Shown here piece by piece: positions 12,701 to 25,510 of a stretch of 46,498 nt of DNA. This DNA comes from Rhizaria sp. SCN 62-66. Lineage: Eukaryota. The position numbers were made by a program, and so were the translations under genes. The stretch is from contig MEDY01000238.1 in NCBI GenBank assembly GCA_001724265.1, positions 1 through 46,498 of the forward strand, in the 5' to 3' direction. The notes under the pieces are model-generated. The model was not told where the DNA came from and ran no database searches. It saw nothing but the letters and a program-made list of their open reading frames with translations. Position 1 is the first letter of the stretch. Every line of letters begins with the position of its first letter.

Positions 12701-15700
12701 CGGATCCGCCGTCAACCGCGCCCATACGTTGTTTCCGGTGCCGCCGGAAACTGTGAGTGCTGTTGCAGTTGAGGCGGGCGCAGTTGAGAGGAGCGTACGC
12801 ACACGCTCAATGGCAACGCGCTCACGCACTGCAAGCCGCCGGACAAGCGCACGGTTCGTGACGTCAAGCAGCGCCTGGATCGCGCCGCGCCCCGCAGCCA
12901 ATCCGCCAACAAGTTTAGCACCTGATGCAACAGCAGGTGTGAGCGCCGAAGCGGGTGCCGATGCAACTGAAAGCGGGAGAAAAGCAGAGGCAGGGAGACA
13001 TCCGCCCGCAGGTTCCGAGAGCGTGCGGAAGAGCGGGAACGCGGGCATGGCAAGCACGGCGGCAAACTCGCGGCGCGCGGGGATCAGTGACGTCAGCGGC
13101 CACACGCGCAGCCGCAGCCGCTGCCACGCGGGCGCGGACGTAACTGACGCGTAGCACAATCCTGAAACTGCGGAAGTGACAAGATCCGACGTCACATTAG
13201 GGCTCGTGCGCAGCGACAGCGCGTGTCGTGGCGCCGCCTCGCCGCTTGCGGCACTGCTCGACGACTGGGCGAGCGACGCCGCACCAGTCAGCGGCCCAAG
13301 CTGGCCTGCGCCAAGCGTGGTCAGCGTACTGCCTTCAACGGTGTCTGTGTTGAGGACGTCGAAACCGGCGATGAAAGCCTCCTTCGCCAAGCCAGTGCGC
13401 ACGAGTGCGTGACCCATGTTCTGTCCCCTACCCTGAGGCGGTGTTGCCGCCGGCGTCGTCGCAGTTTCAGTCGGGTCGTCGCTCCAGAGCCCCCAGCGGC
13501 TGCGCGCGGCGTGGTACAGTGTCGCCAGCAGATCCTCCGCCGTGCGCGGCGTCGTCGACACGCACTCGGGCGGCGTCGCGCGCGCGGCGGCCACGGCGGC
13601 AGCCGTAACTGTGAGCTCAAGGAGAACGGTGGAGCCAGCGCAGTAAGAAAACGCGGGCACAAAGGTCTCCCCAGTGCGCGTGGGGTGCGGTACAACGGCG
13701 CGCGACGGCAAACTGCTGTTGATCGCTGGGCCGCGAGTCTGTCGCGCGCGCGAAGGGGTCGCCAACACGTGAACAGCGGGCACGCGCGCGCCGTCGTCGC
13801 CGCCCAGCGCCACAGCCGCCAGCACGTCGGCCGAAGGCCGGCACAGAACAGAAGCCGTCGCAGTAAGGTCCGCTGTCATGCTGCTCAGCGCCGCAATTGC
13901 GGCATTGCCTCCATCTGAGGTCCTCTGATTGCCACGCTGGTTGGGATTATTGCTATTATTGCCGTTGTTGCTCTTGTCGGGTGCGTTGGGGCGCGCTTCG
14001 CGCGACTGCCGGTGCGGCGCAGTTGGCGCAGCGTAAGCCGTACGCTCCGGCGCAATCATGAACACCGTAGAGTCATCGGCCTGCGCCACACGCTGCGCCA
14101 GCTCAGCCTTGTAGTCGCCGCCGTTGGAACGCTGCTGCTGCGCGAGCGTCAGAGCGAGGGACGGCGCGATGAGCGATGGCGTGAGTGTGACCAAATGACG
14201 CTCTGACCCCGTGTTAGTGGGCATATGTGGGTCAGAGCCCGCAGGCAGCATGTTCTGCGCCAGAGTCTCCGCCGCGGCCTCGCACTCGCCACGGAGCCCG
14301 ACCAGTCCCAGGGCGGGCACGTTTGAGGTATCAATGGCGAGGCACGAGGAAACCGAGGCTGGCGCGTGGTCCCAATAGTCGAAGCGCACGGAGATCTGGT
14401 ACGTGCGCGGCGCACGCGCAATCGCGTCAGTGCTGCTGTTGGTGCGTGCGTTTGCGTTGGCAAGAACGCCGCCGCCCGGCTGCGCCTGCCGGATCATAAA
14501 GCGGTGCGGGCCGCCTTCATCATCCCACGCAATGACGTCGTCGTCGTTGTTCTCCTCAACATCATCGTCATCATCATCGTCGATATCGTAGACAATCGCC
14601 ATGTCGTCATCGTCGTCAAGCGCGACGTAGTTGTCATTGTCATGCATCGAACGGCCGCGTGCCGCACCCGCAACAGCACCGCCACGCGCGCCAGGCGCAC
14701 CAACGGGCTTTTTGCCCTTGTTCGCATCGGCGGCAGCAGCGTTGTTGTTGGTCGTCTTCGCAGAAAGGATGGCGGCGGGGTCAACGGTGAGCACGCCCAG
14801 CGGGTCGTGGATGCTGAACACGTGCGCATAACGACCGGGCGCGTACCACTCGCTGCCAGCCGCGGCGTCAGTGTCGCCCACAGCGGCCGCCGCTGGGGGA
14901 GCGCCGAAAGAGCCGTTGACCAGCGCTGCCGCGGCAGAGGGCGCGAGGCCACCGAGCAGCGCCAGAACTGCCGGGTCTGTCTCAGACGCGTACTGAGTAC
15001 CCTGAGGCGCCGGACGCGCGCTATTGCTGTTGGTCGGAATCGAGCTGTACGAAAAACTCGAACCTGAGTTAGGGGTCGGCTTTGTGGGCTCGAGCTTCAT
15101 TGTAGCACCATCGACATTATTGTTGTTGTTACCTTGCTGCATCTGTTGCTTAAATCCCTGCTGCAGCTGTTGCGAAACGGCGCTCATGTTGGCAATAGCG
15201 CCAGCGCTCGCAGTGCCCATGTGCGGTGTCGTGGCAGCAAAGACCTTAGCCTCGTTGAGCTGCGAGTAGAGCCAGCGCCCCTGCGGCGTGACCGCAGACC
15301 GGAGCTCGCGCCGCGCGAGGCGCACTGCGCGCGCCGACGCCGCGTGCACGACGCGCAGCGCGCGGAAGCACGACACGCGGAAGTGCGCGTACTGCCGGCC
15401 CTGGCTCAGCCTCTCAATGTCGCTCGCGTCCACTGCAACAGGGGCGGTCTCAGTCGAGCCCGACACTGCGCCTCCAGACACAGCGTCCGCAACAGCACCT
15501 GAAACATTAGCAATGCCAGAAAATGACAGCGAGCTTGACAGCGCATTAAGCTGCGACTGCGGCGAAAAAAGACTGCTGCCAACAGGTTGTTGGTGCTCCT
15601 GCTGTTGCTGCACGGCAACGTGCTGCGCGACACGCATCGGGACGGCGGCCGGGTCGAACGCGATTTCGTACACAGCAGACGCGGCAGCCACGGTCATCGC

Positions 15701-18700
15701 GCTGCGCAGTGGCGGCAACGGAGCTGCGCTCGCTCCCTGCTCCGTGGCAGCCGCGGCAGCGTTGGCAGCGGCAGCCGCGGCGGAGGCGGTAAGGAACGGG
15801 CGCGCAGGCTGCACGGCAGAGGGCACGAGCGCAGTGACAGTGCGCATGCTGCTGATGGTGAGCCTGTGCGCGACGAGGTTCACGACGCCTGAGGCGCGCA
15901 TGTTCGCGCGCGACGCAGTGGCGCACGTCTCGCCGCGCGGGTGCGCCGTCACGTGCGCCCACAGCCAGTCGAACACGGTCGCGGCGTCGGCGCGCGCGCT
16001 CGCTGTCAGCGCGACCGCGTCGCCGGTGCCGCTGGAGCCCGCGGTGGCGGTCCCGGTGCCCATCATGGGGGAGGCAGCGGGGCGGCGCGCGCGGGCCGCG
16101 GCTGAGCTACTCGTGCCGGTGCTGCCACCGGCGCTGCCCGTGGCAGTGCCGCCGGTGCACGCGCCCGAGGCAGTAAGTGCGGAGACAGCGGGTGTGCCCA
16201 TGACGACAGCGGTGGCGAGCATGCGCACCAGAGGACGCAGCACCGCGAACAGAACGGTGTTCTTCGCCTGCTGCCGCGCCGAGGCGGATGAATCTTCTGC
16301 CGCCGACGCAGCTGCCGCGGGGCCAAACGCAGCGGCGGCAGCGGAACCAAACGCTCCACCTTCAGCAAAACCAAAAACATAGGAAGGATTTGCAGATGCA
16401 GCGGTGCATTGCTTAGCTATCTCAGCAGTGACGAGCGTGTCTGCAAGCTCAGCAACGGCCGAAAGCGCAACGAGTGCAAACGCGAGCCTCTGCGCGCGCG
16501 TGGCGACTGCTGCGGCCGCGCCCAGAGCTGCAAAGGGCATAACAAAGGTTGCTTGTCGCACGAAGCCCAGCTTGGCTGCCCCGTCGTCGGACTTGGCGCG
16601 CGCGTAAAACCACCAGTGGTGGCGCGCAGCAATGGCGGCCGCCGCCAGCACGGGGCTCGCGCCGTTCGCGGGGCTCGAGCTCGGCAGCCGTTTGTTCGTG
16701 ACCGAGTTCCACGGGTCGTTGGAGAACCAACGCAGAGTCTTGATGAGCGGGGGCGCAGCCAGAGTCGCTGCGTGGTGCACTGTGCAGTACAGCATCGCGC
16801 GCGCGAGCGACATCACGAGCCAGTTCGCAGGGGACGCCGCCGCAGCCGTGCCGAGGGACAACGCACGCAAATTCATCACACCGTCGGCAGCGCCGCCAGC
16901 GTTGTAATTTTGGTTATAATTCATCTGTGCACCATTTTTCCCCTTCTTATCACGTTTCGCATTGTGGGCATTGTTCGCAGCGTTCGTGTTGCCAGCGCCG
17001 TGATTGTTGACCGTGAACGTAGCTCCCAACCCGAGGGCATTGAGACACCAAGTGACCGCGCCCACGGCGCTCACCGGCCGCCCGGTGCCTGTCTTGGACG
17101 CGGGCCCCAACGCCTGGTGCACGGACTCGTACTCGCTCAGCAGCGACGCGTGGATGTCGAGGAAGAACGGCGGCAGGAAGTAGCTCAGGTACTCGAGCGG
17201 GGACGAGAACGAGTGCAGGCGCCGCACACGCGGCCGCAGCAGCGCCTCAAGCGCGCTCTGGCACGTCGCCGGGGACGAAAACGACAGCAGCAGCTCGCGC
17301 TGCGAGTCGCGCTGCGCCGCAGCAGCAGCCGCAGCCGCAGACTCGGCGCTCTCCGGCACGCTCTCGGCCGCGCTCTTGTTCGGAGCCATGGGCACAGCTC
17401 CAGAGCCAGAGCCAGAGCCAAAAGCGGAAGCAGAGGCAGAGGTGGCGGCAGTGCCGGGAGCCGGCGGCCGGGAGCGGGGCTTCGCGGCCGCAACGGCGCC
17501 GTGCGCTGCCGCGGCAGTAAGCAGCGCGACCACGCTCGCGGCCGCGGGCGGCAGCGGCGGCGGCGGCGGCAGCGCGCTGAGCCCGCCGCGGCCGCTCGCG
17601 CGGAGAAGCTCGAGCAGGAACGGGTCCGTGCGGCCCGCAGCACCGCCCGCGGCGCCACTGGCAGCACCCGCGCCCGCGCCCGCGCTGCCAGCGATGCTGG
17701 TGCTGGCACTGTTGTTGTTGGCGCTCATGGGCAGACGCAGCAGCCCGTCTTTGGAGACGAGCAGCGGCGTGAGCCCGCGCGCGCCGACGCCTCCCATGCC
17801 CTTCTCCTCGCCGGCTCTGCCTCTGCCCGCGCGCGCGCCGCCGCCCACAGCCGCGCCGCAGGCCGCTGCGGCCGCACCGGCGGAGGAGACCGCGACTGAG
17901 GCGGAGGCGGAGGCGGCGGTGAGGCCGAGGTGCACGCGCTGCATGAGCGCGGTGACTCCCTCGTACCACTCGCGCCACTTGGCGCCCGCCGCGGCGGACG
18001 CGGCGGCAGCGCGCGCGGCGGCCGCGGAGCCTGGCGCGGCGGAGACGTCGAAGAAGAACGGCTCGAAGACGAGCGGCGGCAGTAGGTGCTGCGGCGCGAA
18101 GCGGCCCTCGAGCGGCGCGGCAAGCAGCGACCAGCTGCTGACGCGGGCGCGAAAGGCCGCGCGCGCGCGCCGCGTGTGCAGCGCGGGCGCGTTGTTGCCG
18201 CCCTGCAGGACGCCATCGCCGCCGCCCCTGGCGCCGCCCTTACCGTCGGCGTCGGCGTCAACGTGCGTGATGGATGTGTAGGACAGCGGCACGGGGGCGA
18301 GGCCCGGGGACGTAAGCGTCGCGGCCAGGCGCGCAGAGCCCGAGAAGGCGGCCGCCACGGCCTGTGCGTGCGAGCGCACGGGCGGCGCGTAGGACGTCGC
18401 GGCCACCGCGGCGGCAGTCAGCATAGCCGCGGCGGCGATGGAAGGGACGCGGGACTTGGCCGGACGCGCCGCCTGGGCCTGCGGCTGAGGTTGAGAGGGG
18501 GCTTTCGCAGCGGCAGACGGGGCGTCGACAACCTCGAGTCCAGGGGACGTAGAGACCTGCGGGCGCGCCTGCGCCTGCGACTGCGCTAGCGTCTTCTGCT
18601 GTGCTTGTAGCTGTTGCTGTTGCTGTTGCAGTTGTTGTTGTTGTAGTTGCTGCTGCGCGCCGGCGGGAGAGCGCGAGCGCGAGCGCTTTACGCCCCGACC

Positions 18701-18891
18701 CACGGCGACCGACACAGCGATAGGGTCCGCGAAGGACGCCCCCGCAGACAACGGGGCACTGGCACCAGCGCCTGCAGAAGACGCAGACGCAAGAGCAGGA
18801 GCCACAGGAGGCACAGCTCCAGACGCGGTCGCAGCTGGGACAGAAGGACGCTTGGGCGCTGCAGCAGCACTACTCCCACCAGACGCGTTCC

Positions 18892-18922
<31 letters not shown>

Positions 18923-20233
18923 ACTGCTACTCGTCGGGGCGAGCGCGCTCACCGCGAGCGCGGGCACGGACGCGGGCGCGCCGGCGGCGGGCGCGGGGGG
19001 GCCGAAGAGCGTGTGCGCGAGCGACGGCGTCGACGGCGGCAGCGGCCGCCACTGCGACCCCGCGCTCGCGCTCGCGCTCGCGCTGGAGGTGCCACTGACG
19101 CTAGAGCTGGCGGCGGAGCCCGCACTCTGACTCTGGCTGTGGGTCTGACTGGAGCTGTGATGGCTCTGGCTCTGAGGGTGCACTGGCTGCGCCTGTATCG
19201 CCGTCGGAACAGTCGCATTCGATGCCGCTGCAGTCGCAGTCGCCGTCGTGGCCGAGTCGGCGGCTGCCGTCCCAGCAGGCGCAGGGGCCGGCGCGGGCGC
19301 AGCCACCGCGCCCGCGGCCGCAGTGGGGGGCGCGGCGGAAGGAGAGGCCGAGGCGGTGGCCGCGCTGATCGTGGCGGCCACCTGGCGCGCGCGCTGATAC
19401 AATGACATCAGCGACTGCGGCTGCTGAGACTGAGACTGTGAGCGCGACAGAGACTATTGCTGCTGCGGCTGTGGAGCGGCAGCGACTGCGAGCGCTTGCG
19501 CCGTCGCTGGCGCTGCTGCTGCTGCAACGGCAATGTTCGGGTTTGCAGCAGCAACAGCAGCGGCGGTCGCGGGCAACGAGCCGTGGACGATCTCAAGCTG
19601 ATACTCCTCCTCGTCCTCGTCGTCGCCGCTGCTGGTGCAGCTGCTGTCGCCGTCGTCGTCGAGCTCGCTGTCGGCCCCGCAGTCCAGGTCGCGGTCTTCG
19701 TCCAGCGCCGCACGGCCATGCAAGTGACCGTGGGCAGCGGAGTGACCGTGGGCAGCGGGGTTCGCGCTCGCGGTGCGGCTGCGCTTCGCCTGCGGCTGCA
19801 TCTGCGCCTGCAACGGAGACTGCGACTGCTGCGGAAACTGGGACTGCAGCTGGGGAAACGCAGCCGCTACTGGCGCTGATACTGCTGATGATGATGATGA
19901 TGACGCTGGAGCTGATGCTGTCGATAGCACGGGCGCGGGCGCAGGCGCGGGCGCTGCGGCGGCGGCGGCGGCAGCGGCAGCGGCGGCCTCACGCGCGGCG
20001 GCTGCGGCAGCTGCGGCAGCAACGGCCTTTGCAGCGGCGGCGGCCTCCGCAGCTGCTGCAGCCTCCGCCGCGGCGGCAGCGGCGGCAGCCTCGGCGGCGG
20101 CGGCAGCGGCGGCAGCGGCGGAGGCAGCAGCGGAGAGGCCCTGGTACACCTTGCCGGGGACGTCCTCGAGCGGCGGCGGCACGTCGTCGCCCTGGTCCAG
20201 CTCGGCCTCAAACAGGGCCAGCGGGTCAGACAT
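3791..20233 (-). CDS. SEN1: Giant Sen1/senataxin-like (Upf1-family SF1B) RNA/DNA helicase, ~5,480 aa, single exon, two in-frame TAG codons (19454-19456, 4355-4357)
   Basis: Ordered motifs: LLQGPPGTGKT, ILVCAPSNAAVDE, IIDEAGQ, VLVGDHKQLPATV, SLFERL, LTVQYRM, STVDGMQGQENDVVILSCVRS, GFLADRRRVNVALTRAR. ORFs 19454..20254, 4355..19408 and 3791..4123 share one frame and are separated only by single TAGs. ATG at 20233 (MSDPLALFE), TAA at 3791-3793, and minus-strand AATAAA at 3687-3692. Orthology to Sen1 rather than another Upf1-like subfamily is an inference. Confidence 0.85.
4355..4357 (-). other. In-frame TAG, probable sense codon (Sen1-like, C-terminal region)
   Basis: Context WPQQQG*EQRPPQQHQQHHQQQ. 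The frame stays open for 187 more codons to TAA. Confidence 0.8.
19454..19456 (-). other. In-frame TAG, probable sense codon (Sen1-like, N-terminal region)
   Basis: Context PQPQQQ*SLSRSQSQSQQPQSLMSLYQ. Confidence 0.75.
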
Positions 20234-22019
20234 GGGAGAGTCGCGCGCTCGCACGGGACGGGGCTGCGGTGGAGGGGGGAGCCGGCGCGCGAGGGACTGG
20301 GGGCGCGGGACAAGTCCCAGAAAGATTGACAGGTTAAGTGGAAGTGCGCTAGAAGGGTGAGAAAGACTGGCTCTAAAATGTTAAAGAGAACGTGGGTGAG
20401 ATCGGCAAGAGTGGGAAACAGGTTTAGAGAGGTGGGAGTGAGTTACGCGAGTCAAGGTATTACAAGCGTAGAGTAAAGCCTAAATCAGGTATACACAAGC
20501 GCAATAGTATCTATAGGAAATGTTTTATGATATATATCATGAGATACATTTGAAAGCAGGAAGAGGCAGAGGTACAAACTGCACTGATTATGAGTGTCGA
20601 GAAGACCAGACAATGCGAGACTTGCTTGCGGGAAACAGATTGTTATAGAATCCAGAACTATTGATTGCAAACACTACAAAAACTTCAAATAGATCTTTAT
20701 GGTTTTAGCCCTGATCCGCTGTCTTTTTCCTTGTTGTCGGTCAACTGGACGATATATTTGTACTCAGATTATCCAGAACCGCTCACATCTCTGAAGCGGC
20801 GCTCCACCACAGTCGTCTGCCTGCAAAGCAAAGTGTGAGAAAATCATGTATAACGGTCATAACGAGTCTTATCTCGCTTAGAAGCACAGGCCTATGCAAA
20901 TAAATTGTACTTCCTATATTGCTTTGAAATGAAGTCACTTGATCTAGCTAAGGATGTCTCTCTAAAGGACTTCATAACTGATCTTATGGTACTCTGAACA
21001 GTGACCTGTGAAATGGATAGTGTTTAAAGATGGCAAAACGTCATCATATCGTTAGGTTAACTTTTATGACAGGCTGTATCCTGTGTATCTGCTACTTGTA
21101 AGTGTCTCGTCGAAAGGAGCATGCGTATATTACACGTCACATTCGTGTGCAGTCACAATGCCGTGCGCACTTTCTCTATCTGCAAGTTCTGACAATATCA
21201 TCAAAACCTGTCGTAGAAGTTCTGAATAAGATTGATAAGAAAAAAATTGGCTGCTCATTATGCAATAACAGCTTTAGAATCTGTGTTTAAAAGGTTATTG
21301 TGATCTGATAACATATATTGAATGTAAATGTTCTGGATAAGCAAAAGTGTTGTTGTGTCGTAAGTTTTTTGTGGTGCGTGCGCATTCTGCGTTGTTAAAC
21401 TCTTAACGTGCGCCGAGGTTACTCTCAATGACATTGATAGCATATTTATGTGTTTTTTATCCTGTAACAAACGTTAAATATGCCAGATGCGACGTCTCAT
21501 GAAGCATCACATGGTGCAAAGCTACGATCATCACGCATTACTCAAGTATACATGTCCAGGTATGCGAATACAGTCGCCCCTAAAAGCTCTTTGTGCACGA
21601 TTCATTCAATATTTCCCTCGCATGCAGGCTCTCATGCCCCACTGCTCGCTAGTATTTTCATCTGTTCACAGACGTTGTAGGACAGAATGAGTGTATGCTG
21701 CCATAGCAGTTAAGGGCAACTTGTCGCTGCTGAGAATGGTCTTTTAATAACACACATGACTGTCTCCTTGCCCGTTCATACTGCGCTAAGGGTGTATATG
21801 TGGTGTTTATGTTTTTTATTTGTCAATCAAGTTTTCGTTGTAAGAGTTCGAGTCATTTATATATTGCACAATTTTTTATCTGTAATATAATTTAATTAAC
21901 ATTTTATAATCTAAATTTTTCCCCTCTGACATCAAAAAGTTCTGACAGCGGATTGCATCACAATCCCAAACCTATCTTTTTGCTTCACTTTTCTCTTCTC
22001 TTATCAAGTGTATACGATT

Positions 22020-22092
22020 GCCGTCGTAACTCAGTCGGTAGAGTGTTCGGCTCTTAACCGATTAGCCGCGGGTTCGAGCCCCGCCGGTGGCT
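22020..22092 (+). tRNA. tRNA-Lys(CTT)
   Basis: GCCGTCG TA ACTC AGTCGGTA GAGT G TTCGG CT-CTT-AA CCGAT TAGCC GCGGG TTCGAGC CCCGC CGGTGGC T, followed by a T-run. Confidence 0.95.
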
Positions 22093-22157
22093 TTCTTTTT
22101 TTGTTCGCTTTTCTCAAGCGTAAGCATGTTGCACGAGCAAGTACAGCAAGCACTCAG

Positions 22158-22230
22158 GTGGCTTTAGCTCAGATGGTAGAGTATGCGCTTAGCATGCGCG
22201 GGGCAGGGGGATCAATGCCCCCAAGCTACA
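22158..22230 (+). tRNA. tRNA-Ala(AGC)
   Basis: GTGGCTT TA GCTC AGATGGTA GAGT A TGCGC TT-AGC-AT GCGCG GGGCA GGGGG ATCAATG CCCCC AAGCTAC A. Has the G3:U70 Ala identity pair and the eukaryotic Ala-type ATC T-loop. Confidence 0.93.
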
Positions 22231-22284
22231 CACTTCTTTTTTTGTCCAAGGCCTTTGGCGTACTTAAGTGTACAGATGTAAGCA

Positions 22285-22357
22285 GCCGTCGTAACTCAGT
22301 CGGTAGAGTGTTCGGCTCTTAACCGATTAGCCGCGGGTTCGAGCCCCGCCGGTGGCT
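22285..22357 (+). tRNA. tRNA-Lys(CTT), identical copy of 22020-22092
   Basis: Same 73-nt sequence as the first Lys gene, followed by a T-run. Confidence 0.95.
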
Positions 22358-23605
22358 CTCTTTTTGCCCGGCTCGTCCAAGCGCTAATTATTTTTGTTTC
22401 AGCGCCCTGCTCAAGTCACGCCCCAAAGCATCATCTGTTATCAACGCCGCTTAAGTGTTGTGCACTAGCAGTGCGCTTGGTTGAACCCCATTGTATTGAT
22501 TAAGCCTCACTCTCGGCTGTTACGTTCACGTCCTCACCCAGGCGATGGGAGCGGGACTTTCTGTCAAGCTTATCGATCGCTGTATTAATACACTTTCCTC
22601 ATGTACGAAAATGTTATAGTATTAATATAACACATTATGAGGTGTTGCTGGAGGTCGCGAGGTACTGCAGGAGCTTTTGCAGATGCACACGCTGCTTGTG
22701 GGTATGGCCATAATCCCACCTGGCACAGTTGCAACAATGTCGTCTGACGCACCAACTCTGCGGAAAAACTTGTGAAAAACATTTGACGCGCACATTGCCA
22801 GCGTTTTAGAGAAGAGCGGCTACCCACAGCGAGTCAAATCCGGCCTCCGCACTGCCACATCATCATCCATCGGGCCCTCGCCCGTTGCGGCACCCAAATC
22901 GGGAGCAAAACACAACATGCGCACCGTCAGCCGCTGTGCGCACGCAGAGAATTGACGCGCCAGGTGAGTTATCTGCTGCTACTCTGACTTTGATGCAGAA
23001 AATGGCAATCGAGAGTCTTCTTTTGAGCGCCAAGAGGAGGTTGGCTGGCTTTGCGTTTCACAATAGTCTTACAATGACACTGTGTCTTAACAAGACAGAT
23101 GAGTACTAGATTCAGATTGAGACGCATGAGCATCTGTTTCCTTGCCGTGTTTTGCACTTTCTCATTTCAGTAATTGAGTCGGGCATTGGATTTTAGTCTT
23201 ATATGTATTAATATGTACAGTACCTATTACGCACTTCGGTCATGCGAGTCCCCAAGTGCCGCGTAACTCATGTCTCATAGTTACGGACTTAGCAATGGCG
23301 GTTCAAAGTGCAGCTCGAGTAATATGATCCTGTGTTACGAGCACTATTGTTATTAGCAGCACCCACAGCAGGACTACAGTCAAGCCTCGTTGAGTTTGCT
23401 CACCATCTACATCGGCTTTGATAAGGCTTCATTAGTTGCCTGGAGGTACTTGCAAGGCGTTAATAAGAGGATTGTTAATATGCTGACAAAAGAAGTGATG
23501 GCGGTGGCAGAGTGATGGAGGGAGCTGTGAGTGCGTCAGAATGTGCAAAATAAAAGCAAAATAAAAGCATCTTGGCGGAGTGCGGCCGACACGGGCAAAA
23601 AATAG

Positions 23606-23678
23606 AGTCCATGGTGGGAATCGAACCCACGATCTTCTGCTTCGTAGGCAGACACCTTAACCGCTCGGCTACACGGAC
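23606..23678 (-). tRNA. tRNA-Arg(ACG), isodecoder B
   Basis: Reverse complement reads GTCCGTG TA GCCG AGCGGTTA AGGT G TCTGC CT-ACG-AA GCAGA AGATC GTGGG TTCGATT CCCAC CATGGAC T. Confidence 0.95.
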
Positions 23679-25009
23679 ATTTGATGTACACATGACCAAA
23701 ATTATTAATATAAATACTTTATTCAAACATATTCTATAATGGTCTAAGTCTTTATTAAACCTATGCAACATTTTATACTTACATTCGTTAAACTAAAATC
23801 TTGAAAATTAACATTTAAAAAAAATCATATTTTTGTTGTTGCTGCGTTAATCAAGTCAATGTATGATCATCTAATCATTGCCAGCGATAACTCGAGACGA
23901 TGCTGGTGGGCTTGATCGTTACAACAGCTTTGGGGAAAGACAAATGACGAAAGTTCCACGCGCTACAATGCACGTACATTTATTATACATGAGCCCGCAC
24001 GCGCTCACTGTCGAACGGTTTTTGTGATTGAAATCGCATCTGTGTCCGATGCGTCGGATTATCAGGGATGATGTGAATTTGAGATCAAAATCAAAGCTAA
24101 TAAGCTCTTTTGGGGGTTTATAGCATGTATTGAACAAGACAACTCTGAATTCTTTTATTTTTTTAAACAACAGCCAACATCCAAGTGACCTATCGAGTCA
24201 AATTTAAGTATTTCGTGTCGTCTTCACTTGAAAATCCATTACTTTGTAGCGTTTCCTCGGTCTGTAAAGCAATCACAAGGGAAGATACTTTGACTTTTAA
24301 TTAACATAATTTTGTTTGCTTTATGACATTATTTATACAAATTATATAGACAAATGAGCTTGTTATAAGTAAGTTTAAATGTTATCTTACACGATTTTTT
24401 TTCTCATTTAGTCATTTCAGACTTTATACAAAAGCAATTAGTCAACATAAAAGCACTTGAACTCAATATTATATCACATATTAAACTTTTAAAAGCTCAC
24501 GGTACACGCATCATTGTTCTTCATGATAATTTGAAGACTGTGATGACTCAATTCTAACATAATGGGTGCATGTGTCACGCTCTACCTCTGACTGAGAATA
24601 GCGTTCACTTGCTCGAGGGCTGGCGCATGCAAACTCAATCGTACAATGGACTTTTGCGGAGACCTACATTATGACTATATCCATGTACAAAATATAAAAC
24701 TGCTGATGAGCTCGAGATGACCGTTCAGAACCATCAATCGATATGGGAGGTATGAGAGGCCTAACAGGCTTGATCAAGTTATAAGGATGTTGATTGATTG
24801 ATTTATCTTCTTGAAATCCTTAAATAGAGAATCCTGATAATTATGTATATATTTTTGTATATTTTATCATTAACATTATATAAAGCCATAGGCATTTGCG
24901 TGTGAAATGACCGTGCTCGAATCTCCTATTTTAATTTGGTAGACAACAGTTTGTATAAAAAATTTTGTTGTCTGCATCATCGAATTGAGAGTAAGAACTC
25001 GCTTCGTTA

Positions 25010-25082
25010 GTCCGTGTAGCCGAGCGGTTAAGGTGTCTGCCTACGAAGCAGAAGATCGTGGGTTCGATTCCCACCATGGACT
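25010..25082 (+). tRNA. tRNA-Arg(ACG), isodecoder B (identical to 23606-23678, inverted)
   Basis: Same cloverleaf on the plus strand, followed by a T-run. Confidence 0.95.
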
Positions 25083-25437
25083 CTCTTTTTTGGCCGTTCC
25101 GGTAATACGTTACCTGCGCACATTTTATTTTTGCTCGCCCACACGCAACCTCGCTTGACACGAACGTTTCCCACCATGCATGCAGGCATGCACCTCCCTT
25201 TTTGTCTGCTTGCATGAGCTTGCTGCTCCCCCACACCTGTCATAGTGCTCTCGATGACCTTTTCGTGCTTTATTACATTTGATGCTACCTGCAGGCGAAC
25301 GGCGTAACCAGTGGGAAAGTGCGCGTGAGCAAAAAAGAGGTTCGGCGTGTCTGTGGTCACGGATTGCTCACAAGCAGGGCAAAAAAGAGATTTTTGTCAA
25401 CCGCTGGCTGCGCAGTGTGGATTTCGGCAAAAGAGAA

Positions 25438-25510
25438 AGTCCGCGGTGGGGATCGAACCCACAATCTCCTGCTTCGTAGGCAGACACCTTAACCATTGGG
25501 CTACGTAGAC
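25438..25510 (-). tRNA. tRNA-Arg(ACG), isodecoder A (identical to 3402-3474, inverted)
   Basis: Exact reverse complement of 3402-3474. The upstream 26 nt are also 23/26 identical. Confidence 0.95.

Noticed and set aside
4355-19408. Treating the helicase, DNAAF1 or Nup35 as pseudogenes
   Set aside because: No frameshifts, no internal TAA/TGA, and intact motifs and splice sites. Every lesion being TAG is unlikely under random decay.
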